Below are positions 1 to 11,444 of a stretch of 64,000 bases of DNA, in pieces. Each line of letters opens with the position of its first letter. Within the stretch, counting starts at the first letter, position 1. Source of the stretch: the human T2T-CHM13v2.0 reference genome, Homo sapiens; NCBI RefSeq assembly GCF_009914755.1, contig NC_060932.1, one strand, 5' to 3'. Made by a program: the position numbers and the translations under genes. The notes beneath the pieces were generated by a model that worked only from the letters and a program-made list of their open reading frames with translations, had not been told where the DNA came from and ran no database searches.

Positions 1-204
1 TTTCCATGTGAGTGTAAAGGTCAGCATCAGAAATTTTTCCCTCAACCCAAGCCCACAACCTTAACAAACAAACAAAAAGCTTTACCCTTTCTGCTACCCC
101 CAATTAACAAACAAATCCATGCCTCATTCCTACTTGTCCTGAAGAATTAACTGATCCTTTATTAGTGTATTCATAGCAATATGTACATCTCTCTATAATT
201 CATT

Positions 205-350
205 TATTCCATAATTCAGGCATTACTTCATTCATGAATTTGTTTAAAAAGTGCTTATTGAGTATTTTTTTACGTAATGATGACCAGTCACTGCTCTAAA
301 TTCTGGGAATTAAACAGTGAACCAGACAGACTGATGATCTCAGAGCTAAC
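205..350 (-). mobile_element. L2 3'-end relic
   Basis: ttcattcat...gcttattgagt...ctgggaattaaacagtgaaccagacaga resembles the reverse complement of the L2 3' end. Confidence 0.6.
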
Positions 351-489
351 AAGCTAGCCATTACCTTAAACTTCTTCACATGACATTATGATTAGCCACT
401 TGCCTCTCCACTATCCCTGGGAGAAAGAACAACTTAATAATCTTTGAATCTACAAGGTTGGTAGTGTGGTTAATATTCATGAACCTAAT

Positions 490-686
490 AACATATCCAA
501 ATTGATGCTCACTGTGTTGCAAGTAAAGCTTTTATGCTTTATGTGAATCTTCTCATGAAATCCTCCCATGAGCCCTGTGAGGGAGATACTCAATGCTCTC
601 AGAGAAGGCAAGAAACTTGCCTAAGGTCACACAGTTATTAAGTAGTAGAGTCAGAAATTGAACTCCAGTCTGTCTGACTCCCAGAG
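490..686 (-). mobile_element. MIR
   Basis: MIR core in reverse: aacttgcctaaggtcacacag...agtagagtcagaaattgaactccagtctgtctgactcc. Confidence 0.8.
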
Positions 687-2767
687 TAAAGTGAGTGAAA
701 AAAAATGGATGAATGAATGCAATATTACAAAAAGAGGTCAGTCCTTTGACCAGGGCTCCAAGTCAGGTGGGCATGTTGTTGTTGGCCTAAGGAAGAAAAA
801 TACTTGGAGCAAAAGTCTCCACTCTTAGTATGGAAGAAGAGGCAAGGGGCTTCATGTACTCGAAGGTTTGAAACTTACGCTGAAAAATCTATTTCTTACT
901 TTTATCACTAATACCAGATCTGTTAGGACAGGTTAAAAATGGTTAATTCGTTCACTCATGTTTTGCCTCTCTATAAAAATTATTTCAGACTGCCTTAAAT
1001 GGAATCAAATATAACCAAATTTGATAATAAATCCCTGCTTTTCTCACGCTGGAACATACTCTCTAGAGTTGCCCATGTGAGAAGCCGCTCCATGTCCCAT
1101 TAGTTCCTGCAATGCCGAGTGCCTACCCGTGTGGCTTTTGCTTGAGAATCTACACCTAAAATCATCCCTTGGCCACCTCATAATATTCTGAGAGTGACTG
1201 TCTTGGCCTTTAAAATTCACCCGCAATGCCCCATCCCCCCAAGGTAAGTTTCATTACACAGAGCATAATTTTTACATCAGATCATAACAAGTACACCTTC
1301 TAAAGCTGGTAAAAATCTTTTTAGCCCTTTTCCTCTAATGCTGTTATGGACTTCTAGAAACTGTTTATTTACATAGATAAGATTTTTAAATGTAAATAAT
1401 AGAGAAGAGGAAATATATTGAGTGTGTGGGGTGATAGAATTGTTATGACTGAGCATCAAAGTTGGGGCCGTGTTTCCTGATAAGTTTCATAATTTTCACC
1501 ATAAAAAGAGAGCCTTTTGCTCTGTATCATTCCTCTTGGAGTCACTATTCTTCTCTGGACATAAATACTTACAATAATATCAACATCTTAAATATTGATA
1601 ATCATGTTAAGAAATAAGTTTTAAAGTTTTTCTTATAGAAATGGCCAGGGAAAGTTCTGTTCACTTCCTTGAAAGAGTTCATTGTTAACAGAATACTGAA
1701 TTCATTTACATCAGTTGATATTTTCATCTTTGCCTTTAACTTTCCTACATTATTTATTGAATACGGTAGTCTTTAACATTTTTTATGAAAAATAATTTTC
1801 ACAGGGCGGGGATGCTGAGGGGCAACCTCTTTTGCCCTCGACTTTGTGTTTCTCTGTGGTGAGGCATCATTAACGTAACACTCCAGGCCTCTCTCTCCAC
1901 CCCCTCATTTACTCCTTCTGAAGGATGAAGGAACTTCTCTGGCTGGTGGATCTGGAACAACTAGGCATGCCTAGCTCTGTCCTTCCTTTTTTCCTTCTCT
2001 TTAGGATGTGCTTGTCTGAAGATAGCAAGCACTTTGGTCTGTAAATGTGAATAGCTTCTTATAGAGTTTGAAGTTCACAATCTGCCCAACGAGACACAGC
2101 GACTCTGGGTTCAGAAGTTGGGGAAAGGGGTGTCAAATTCTGGACACATCCAAAACTCAGCATTGGTTTGGAACAACTAAAAGACCATGCTTTGTAAAGC
2201 AAAGATGTTCCTCAAAATTTAGTCTAAGAAAAAGTTCTAAAACATAATGTGACTAGCTCTAACATTAGATCTTATTTCTAAAATTCAAAGACATTAGGTC
2301 TGTCAAATTATAAACTCTTTCTTCTATAACTTTGTATTGAAATTTAGTAATGAAATCATATCTTCTACTACCTTATCTTAAAAACGTGAGAGTAAACAGA
2401 GCACTCATATGGGAGCCCTTGGGTTTTTAGGTGTTACATAGCTAACTTCTAGATGACATTAGTATTAGCATTCCAGATCCAAAGTAAGAGACTACTTAGT
2501 CTGAACATAGAATTTGCGCTACTTACACTTCAATTCTGGGAATAAAGAATTTTACATCTGATTTTGTTTTTCTCTAATCTGGCAATGTGAGGGATGATTG
2601 CAGAAAGAGTTTACATGTGGCAGAGTAGAGTAATGATTTGTGATATCTTCACAGTAGAACATTTTTTCTTCCTCTGTTTTCCCAAGGGAAATAAATTGTC
2701 AGACTTTGAAAAGATGGGGCCTCATAAAATTCTTCATGCATTTCATCTGTGGCTCCTTCTGGTAAAA

Positions 2768-2819
2768 CACACACACATGCACAGACACACACATGCACAT
2801 GCACACACACACACACACA
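2768..2819. repeat. Imperfect (CA)n microsatellite
   Basis: Directly visible CA run. Confidence 0.9.
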
Positions 2820-3700
2820 TTTACCAAAGGCTAGGATTTCTGGAGATTACTTTCAAGTTTCTGTATCACCCAAAACCCATTTTTGAAAATTCTTCTGGAA
2901 AGGTTATCAGAGGCAGTAAAGGATGTGGGGACATCACTATGTAGGAGTAATGGGGCATAAAACCAAATATTTATTCTGCCCACTGAGCACCAGCTCTAAC
3001 TATAGCGTAGGAAAGAACTCCTCTCTACCTGCCTCTAATGGTGAATGTACCTTACAGATTTATCACATATGCCTGGTTTAAAGATTAGTTCCCAGTGGGA
3101 GATTCCTTAAACTGAAGAGCTTTTTGAATCAGATTTATTTGAGTCTCATCTCTTTACTTAAGTATGGTTAGAAAGTATGGTAATGTATTTTGAATAGAGG
3201 GCTCATTCATTTTAATGAGAGAAAATGCCTATGGTGGCCTTGTAATGTTAGAAAGGTATTTATTTACAGCTCTATAGTCTTTCTCTCTGAAAAAAAGAAT
3301 ATTTTACAATAAGATTTAATCAGTTTAAAGAAATAAGTTACTTGTTGCAATATCACCACCATACTAGACACTAATTCTTTCAGTTTTATTTCTAGATGAC
3401 CCAGTTAAGACTCATTTCTCTCTACTTCTGTATACTATTAATTTCTCTGCTTCTAAAGGGTTGGTGATAAGTCGTATCTTTAAAAAATTTAATCTTCTAA
3501 ATCCATCTGCTTTTTATCCAGTAAAATGATAAAGAACTGGTTAAAAAATCACAAAACAGAAAATTATTTAATCTTTAAAATTATATGATCCAAATATACT
3601 TAAAATATAAAAAATGCTGGCATAGAACGTAAACAATTTGTGCAAGTTCATGTGGTTTTATTCACTAAAATATTATATGCATTATACATATTTAGTATAT

Positions 3701-3702
<2 letters not shown>

Positions 3703-3736
<34 letters not shown>
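3703..3736. repeat. (GT)n microsatellite
   Basis: Pure GT run of about 17 units. Confidence 0.95.
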
Positions 3737-3739
<3 letters not shown>

Positions 3740-3786
3740 CACTAAATTCAAAGGTGGACATAAAATGAGAATAAAAATAATTGCCT

Positions 3787-4058
3787 GCAATTTTGGAGGC
3801 CGAGGCAGGTGGATTACCTGAGGTCAGGAGTTAGAGACCAGCCTACCAACATGGTGAAACCCCATCTCTACTAAATAATACAAAATTAGCTGGGCATGGT
3901 GGTGGGCACCTGTAATCCCAGCTACTTGGGAGGCTGAGGCAGGTGAATCACTTGAACCTCAGAGATGGAGGTTGTAGTGAGCCAAGATCGCACCACTGCA
4001 CTCCAGCCTGGGCAACAGAGAGAAACTCCATCTCAAAAAACCACCACCAACAAAAAAA
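3787..4058 (+). mobile_element. AluS (Sx-like), lacking about 33 nt at the 5' end
   Basis: ggaggccgaggcaggtggattacctgaggtcaggag, A-rich linker, right arm, A/CA tail; flanks aaaaataattgcc / aaaaatcattgcc are a TSD-like pair. Confidence 0.95.
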
Positions 4059-4290
4059 TCATTGCCAGGTAATAGCATATATGTGATTTACAAATACTTT
4101 AATATTCAATTTTTGTTATTTAACATTTATAGAGTAAATATTGCTTTTGTCATCAAAAAATGGCATTTTCGAATACCTGAACTAAAGAAAAGTTTTTTGG
4201 GGAACCAAAAAGGCAGCTTTCTGTCCTAGCTCCTAAAAACTATATAGATTTTGTCTTGTATACTCCTTTAACCACATAAAATAACAAGAA

Positions 4291-4478
4291 CCCGAGTGTG
4301 GAGGTGTGCACCTGTAGTCCCAGCTACTCTGGAGGTAGAGTCAGTAGGATCGTTTGGCTGCTGGAGTTCAAAGCTGCACTGCACTATCATGGCACCTGTG
4401 AATAATCACTGCACTCCAGCCTGGGCAACATAATGCAAACTTGTCTCTAAAAAAATAAAAATAAAAATATGTAAAAAG
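4291..4478 (+). mobile_element. FAM (fossil Alu monomer)
   Basis: Single monomer retaining the 7SL-derived segment cacctgtgaataatcactgcactccagcctggg; A tail; aagaaccc on both flanks. Confidence 0.8.
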
Positions 4479-5239
4479 AAAGAACCCTATAATATTATCT
4501 TCAGTATTAAAATTTTCATTTAAGCATCTGCTACCCATTGCTTTTTTGACCAGGTGTTTACTTAAGGCATTTAACAATAAAAAATAATAAAATAGTAAAA
4601 TAAAAATGGAATTAGAAAAGAGGACACAAGTCTGCCAACTGTAAAAGCCAAACTAATTGGTATGTTCTGCCTCAAATTTGTCTTTAATGTTTTCTTCTCT
4701 TTATTTAGAAGAAGGAGCAGACCTTCAGGGGAAACATAGTTTTCCCAGCACTATATATATATCTCTCAGGTAGAAATCTAACATTTAGTTCAATGTTAAC
4801 TGTATAATTTAATGTTATCACCAATATGTGCAATTTGTGATTGGATTTAGCAAAATTTAACCTTCATTGAGAGAAAACGGCATATTACAACAAATCTTAA
4901 AGCAAGATTTTGGTGGCTAAACTGATTGGGTGCCATATATAATTTTCTGGTTTTCTAACTTTCTAACTTGATCCAATGATGACATTTGGAGTAGATGAAA
5001 AACACATGGCTTATTAAAGCTTCTCAAATATCGCTTTTCTAAATCAAGCTTTTGATTATAATTTCATGGCTGGAGGGCTAATGTTCTATACTTGTTGACT
5101 AAGGGTACATTGATTGATAAGATTTAGAAACAATGAAAAATGGCAGGGTTATATGACAGAACATTCTCAACTTCCTTATTTACAGATAGGGAAAGTAAAG
5201 TACAGAATTGTATGCAAGGATTTAAGAGATCTCATCCAC

Positions 5240-5925
5240 CCATCCATTCATTCTTTCATTTAACAAATGCATCAGTTAGGATGCCCAGGAGTCTGTGAGG
5301 AGACCCATTAAAACCTAGGCAGCAAAGTAGGGGTGAAGAAAAAAGACAAATTTGAAATACGTTAGAGGCAAAACTGGCAAGATATAAAAACTGACTAAAT
5401 GTGGGACATTAAGAATGGATCAAAAATCTTTCCAGAAGTCTACTTTGGGTGACTGTAGTATCAAAGTAGACACAGATTATTCGAGTAAGAGTCCATGTAA
5501 AGGAGAAGATGACGAAGTTTATTATGGACTTGTCAAGGTAGAGTTGCCAGTAGGAATTCCAGGTGGGCCCAACCAGCAGGAATTTAGAAAAGGGTCTAAA
5601 TCCAGGTCCAAACTTGAGATAAAAGTTTGGGACTTATAAACCTTTGGGTGAAAGATGAAACCACAAGAATAGGTGGCTCACAAACTGTGAAAATGAGATG
5701 AACAGTGGGCTCAGAACTCGACTATCATAACACCCATATTTAAAGGGCGGAAAGAAGAAGGGATCCCATGAAGAAGAAAAAGATGCTACTGCCAATTTTA
5801 TAATGAGAATAAGAAGCTATGGACAGGCATAGTTTCAAAGAGAGAGTGGTCAAACATCCTGAGTGATATTTAAAAATTCAGCAGGATGAGAACCCACAAA
5901 CGATCACTGAATTTGGTGAGGAGAA
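5240..5925 (-). mobile_element. L2 relic
   Basis: cattcattctttcatttaacaaat followed by typical purine-rich L2 antisense sequence (tttattatggacttgtcaaggtagagttgcc). Confidence 0.65.
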
Positions 5926-6649
5926 GTGCCCAGTGATAACACTGTTAGTAAAGAAACTGGTAAGATAGAGAAATCACAATGGACTGGGAATTGCTACATA
6001 GAGTAGCAGCTTCTTCCTTGAGAAGTCTAGGGACTCCGTCAGTCCCATTCACACAGCAAGAATTCTAGATGGGGCAGAACTTAAACTCCAGGCAAGGTGG
6101 TGCAGCTCCTCAATGGCAGGGTAGAAACTAGACCTCCCTGTCCTAAGTTCAGATCTAAGTCTTTTAGATAGTTACATTCACCAAAGTACCTCAAAACTAA
6201 CTGCAATCTTTTACCACATTTTCCAAATTTCTTGACAGTCTAGATGAGTTGCTCAGGGAAATTTTCCAAGCGTATATTAAAACATATATACAATCAGGTT
6301 AAAGAGAGAGCATTTAGGTGACTTACTTTAGTGGTAGCTGAACAGAACACAACAAACTAAAAATAAATGATACCCTACTAAATCCAAGAATGTGTTCAAC
6401 TTTTAGGGAGTGCTTACTGGCACCAAGTAGTATTAGGAAGTAAAATTGAACGGACATGTTTTTAAACAGCACCCTACAGCAACATAATTCTGCCTGTGAC
6501 CTTTTTCAATAATCAAGTTGCTTAGCTCATATTTATGCCTTAGATTAAAGAAACGAAACAGTTAGAGGTACAAAGTTTTCGATGCTTCTTGGGGGTCACA
6601 CAATTCTTCCATCATACTGGTATTAAATAGAAGAAAAACCCTGTTCTCA

Positions 6650-6912
6650 TAGCATGTTCTGGGAACACAGAAAAGCTGTACATCTTCGTGGGGAGTGGAG
6701 GGAGATAAAGCTGGCCATGAAGGCCGGAACCAGATAATGAAGGGCTTTATATATCATGCTAAGGAGTCTGGACTTTATCTTGAGGGTTAGCAGTGAGCTA
6801 TTAAAAACTTTTAAGTAAGTGATTATCATGATCAGATTTCCATTTTCTGGCAGCTGCAGTGTGGAGAAGAACTAAAGGAGGACAAAGACTGGAGGCAGAG
6901 AGACGATTTAGT
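6650..6912 (-). mobile_element. L2 relic
   Basis: agataatgaagggcttt...ctaaggagtctggactttatcttgagg...atcagatttccatttt...gactggaggcagagagac. Confidence 0.75.
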
Positions 6913-7047
6913 AAGTCCCACTCATCCTTTCTCTTTCGCTCTGCCTCAGGAGTCCCAGACGCCACAAGCTTTCTTCCCAGGGGCTACTTTCGCTGGTCTG
7001 GGCTTCCATTCCATAAAGTACTATCCATATGTGCTCATGTGCTCTTG

Positions 7048-7074
7048 CACACACACACACACACACACACACAC
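7048..7074. repeat. (CA)n microsatellite
   Basis: Directly visible. Confidence 0.95.
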
Positions 7075-9934
7075 CATGGTTTTCATTCTGATCCTTTCTA
7101 GGAAGGATCAAGTCTTCCTGTCATATCCAAGTCACTCAGAAGTCATGTCAAGGAGCAAAATACACGTTATATGAATGAAAGACCCCCCAGGCTATTGAGA
7201 AGACATGGAAGGTTCAAGAGGTTTGCTCAGAGATGGGGCTATGACCATGTATAAAAATGTATACAAATTAACAAGCTGCCTACATGAATTTAATATACAA
7301 TGTTTCTATTTTCTATATCTTTACTGTATATTTCTCTATACAGTATTACATAGAAAGGTATGTAGAAGAATGAACGGTAATAAAAGGAATTAGAAAAGAG
7401 AGGGAATTTTCAAACGTATGTACACATAGTGGAACTTGTACAAGAAGGCTCAAGTGAAGAATCTTGTGTGCTAACTGCACAAATTAGCCACAGAAGATAT
7501 GACTAAGGCAAATGGAAGTACTCCCTTCTCCCAGAAAAAGAAAATAGTAAATGTTAAATGCAATAAAATATTTGCAAATGATGATTCAAAAGTAAGCAAA
7601 TTTAAGGGAAGAAGTGATAGAAATGATCTATATATCTGGTTCATATGGTGCAGGTGTCTCTAGGTGAATAACCACAGGAGGACACCTAAATTACTGACAA
7701 TCTTTGTTAATAGTTGTAAGTCTTGGGAGGTGGGTAATAATGTAGCCTAAGCATATTGCTAAAAGAGATTATACTAAAGAAAACTTTAATACCTATGTAG
7801 CCTTTAATGTTGAAAGTATCATCTGTGGAACGTTCTTTTATTATCCTCAGGAAAACAAAATAATATCTGTGGGGTTTTTTGTTTTCCTCATGTTATAAGA
7901 CAGAGTGCAGATGATCTAATCAAAATAATGAGGTGGAAAGGAAGCAGGGCATTTTATATGTTATTGAATCACTAAAATATTCTTGAACATTGCGCACTTC
8001 AAATGTGACCATTAATCACAATGGTGTAATGGTGATTACAGGGAAACTGCACATACCTATGCCCCTTTGGTATCTGCGAGCATAATGAGCAGTGAAAGCA
8101 ATTGCTATCGATAGCTCCCTTTGCACTCCTGGGACAATGCACAGGGTCCATTTCTTACCCTGGTGATCTCTGTGAGGACATGAGTGGGTTGGCAGTATTG
8201 GGAAAGCATGAAATCACAAAAGAGAACATTCAACATTGAAGCTACTGGTGGGCATCGAGGTCAGCAGGCTGATGGAGACAAGATAGCAAGAGCAAACCAG
8301 ATGATAAATAGTGCTGGGATTTAAAGGTATCTCTTTCACTGCTCAAACACTGAAAGCTGGATCAGCTTCGGTTCATGGTGTCAGAGTCTGATAACTCTCC
8401 TGTTCACATAAGGTAGAGTGCTAATCCTAATAGGGGTTGCTTCCAAATAGTTTATAAACTTAGTACTGCTTCCACCCTCTAACCTCAATAGCTGAGAGAT
8501 GATGGGGATAAGCTGTTAGGTTTTAGAGAGACAGATCTTTGGGCCTGAAACATTTCTTCCTTCCTTCCTTTCCTTGTAAGGCCAGGACACTTAGTCTTCC
8601 AAGTGTCTGTACTAATTAAATGCAGGTCTAGTATGCCAAAAATGTTTTGAATGTAAAAGATTAACGAGAGAGCAAACTTTTGTGAAAGGAGGGAATTGAG
8701 ACAGGAGAGGCCCCTCCTAGTTGGCATGGTTTTAAGGGGGAGGTAATCTTGAGGTCTTAGGAACATAAGCAGCGCAATATTTTTTTTAAGAGACACTTGG
8801 CTCCAATGGGAAAGAATGAACAAAATATTTCAGGGACTAAGGCAGCAGCCACCCAGGAAGACGCACCATGATCCTGGGTGACAGATGAGCTGTAAGTGGA
8901 CTGTCTGAGTAAATGAGGGCAAGACTAAAGCCATCTTACATTGGCCTCTTCTGGCTGTGTTTCCTCTTGTTTTATTTTAAGAAGAACCCACTGACCGTTT
9001 TGACCTTTCCTTCCAGGTTTGGCATTTGGAGGAATAAATCAGGATTAGTGCTGCCATTAGGCTTCAGATGTGGTGTCTTCAAGACAAAAAGTAAGACCAT
9101 TACTGGCAGTTTTAGCTCTCGGGACAAGAACTGCATTGCTAATTTGGAACAGTAAGAATTAATCAGTAGGAGAAACTTGACGTTCCTGCCGGCTACATCA
9201 AGCTCCCCAAATATTTTAAGTATTACTTGTTCAGTCAGCTGGCCAGTGAGAGGTAGGGAGGGAGACAAAGTTTTGTGTTTGGTAACTTGCCAGCACTCAG
9301 ATGTTGGCTAACCTTTTGAGAAGCAGAAAGTTTCTTTTTCATAAAAACATTTAGCAGTGGTCAGACTGATGAACATATTTGGAGACACTAAAATGATGTA
9401 ATAATGGCAACAATGTTATTTTTACAGCATTAGAAGAAAGGAGGACAACTACCAGCTGCCAAACCCATTGGTCACATTGATCCCTAATAAATCCTGGATG
9501 AGCCTGCCCAATATTAGTCATAGGATTTAAGCCTGTGAATCTGTTAGGACTTAAGATACATTGCTTTCAGTTGGGAGAGTAAGAGAAAATCTCCTGGCAT
9601 ATGGTTCAATGAAGGGTAATTTAGTATACTTTCTTAATGCTTTGAAAAGCTATACTGAGGCAACATTTTTTTTTTTTTAATGGATGTCCTGTAGTCTCAA
9701 AAGAAAATGGCAACTTCACATCAGGGAAACATGGGAGAGATATATTTAAGGGAAGACATAAAAGACACAAAAGAGACTCTGTAAAGCCTTTCAGGTTTTT
9801 TTTAGAAACCCTAAAACAAATGATAAAAACCAAAAACATGGGATATAACTTTCACATACGCCAAATTCACATTTACTGAAGGTGGACAAAGATATCACAC
9901 TTCCAAGAGGGCACTTGGCTTTTTCTAATATATT

Positions 9935-10115
9935 TGAAGCAATTACTCCTCACAGCTCTAGTAGCAGTAAATACTAGTAATATTCCTGTTTTACAGATGA
10001 GAAAGCTACCATTTACTATAACCTAACAATTTAATATGGTCAGCAAGTCCATACAGCTGGAGAACTGTACACCTGGAATTCCATATAGGGCCTGTGAGAT
10101 TGCAGAGCCCAAGAC
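9935..10115 (-). mobile_element. MIR relic
   Basis: tattcctgttttacagatgagaaagct core motif. Confidence 0.6.
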
Positions 10116-10159
10116 TGTGAACGTGAGGCTGAACTACAGAGGGCTACACCTCTTTGGAG

Positions 10160-10385
10160 GTAGTAGAGTTGGTGATCAGGAGCACAGAAGTCTTGTGAGG
10201 TGAGACAGGGTTCTTTCACTTATCAGCTATGTGAATTGAGTAGGCTCTGAGAGAAATGGAGATAATAGTTATTTGAAATGGAGATAATAGTTAATGAATA
10301 GTTAATGAAATGGAGATAATAGTTATTTCATAGAGTTTTTGATGGGCTTAAACATTCACGAAACTTAAATCCTTGGTAAAAAGTA
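10160..10385 (+). mobile_element. MIR relic with an internal tandem triplication
   Basis: cacttatcagctatgtga..., then gaaatggagataatagtta repeated three times at about 10253-10325. Confidence 0.65.
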
Positions 10386-11444
10386 ATTGTTTTTATTAAA
10401 GAACTAATTTTGGAAATGCTTATTTGTTTTACTTACTGTTTGACCAGAGATTTCCAAACTAAGTCTCTACTCCAGAACAGTAAGTCATCATTCCTGGGAA
10501 AAGACCTTAAAATATGAGCTGTCATCTCTCATCCCTTGTGATTCTTGGGATGAGGCTAGTTTGGGACATAATGCCTTCGGTCTTTTGGTCCCCCTTCTCA
10601 ACTTCATACTAACCAATCACATAAGTAATTTGTTAAAGGTCATACCATGCCATTGCTCCCTAGATCATCCCTGCAAATTACAAACTACTCTTTATTTTCT
10701 CCTCGATCTATAAAGATTAGTGATGCTATAACAGTATGTCAGATAAGCTTCAGCTCTGGTTCTATTCGACACTGAATTATAATTTGTTCAAAGCACACAT
10801 CCAGAGGAAAGATTGTCTGAATCCTTCGCAAATAAATTGCTTTTCTTAAACAGGTGATGTGCTGAGACCCAGAAAGTAAATCCTCTACAGAGCACCCCAA
10901 TCATCTGACAGTCTTTTAAAAGTCAATTCAGAATTCACCCATTTCAGAATTTGCCACTGACTAATAGTACTTGACTTCAGCCACTTCCACATGACTCTCA
11001 GAATTTCAGTTGTGAATCTAGGGAAATAATTAGCCTTGGTTACATGACAAATGTTCTTAATAGTTGTGGTTTAATATCTTTCTTCAGCTAGACTATATGG
11101 TACTTGAAGATAAGAATCATGCCTGCTACATATTAAAGTGTATGACAGTACAAAAGAAAGAGAAGATACGGTCTTTGCCCTCAAGGAGCAGACAATCCAA
11201 TTGACAAAGAATACTGATCTGGAACTCTTTTTTTTTTTTTTTTATACTTTAAGTTCTAGGGTACATGTGCACAACATGCGGGTTTGATACATAGGTATAC
11301 ATATGCCATGTTGGTTTGCTGCACCCATCAACCCATCATCTACATTAGGTATTTCTTCTAATGCTATCCCTCCCCCAGCCCCTCACACCCTGACAGGCCC
11401 TAGTGTGTGATGTTCCCCCCTCCGTGTCCAAGTGATCTCATTGT

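Noticed and set aside
1961-1974. Palindrome CTAGGCATGCCTAG containing a p53 half-site
   Set aside because: No properly spaced second half-site; a 14-bp palindrome is expected by chance in 64 kb
2594-2944. 116-aa ORF with a His/Thr run
   Set aside because: The run is a translated CA microsatellite; no homology recognised
10253-10328. Three repeats with spacers, superficially CRISPR-like
   Set aside because: Slippage of a MIR segment with very short, repeat-derived spacers in eukaryotic DNA
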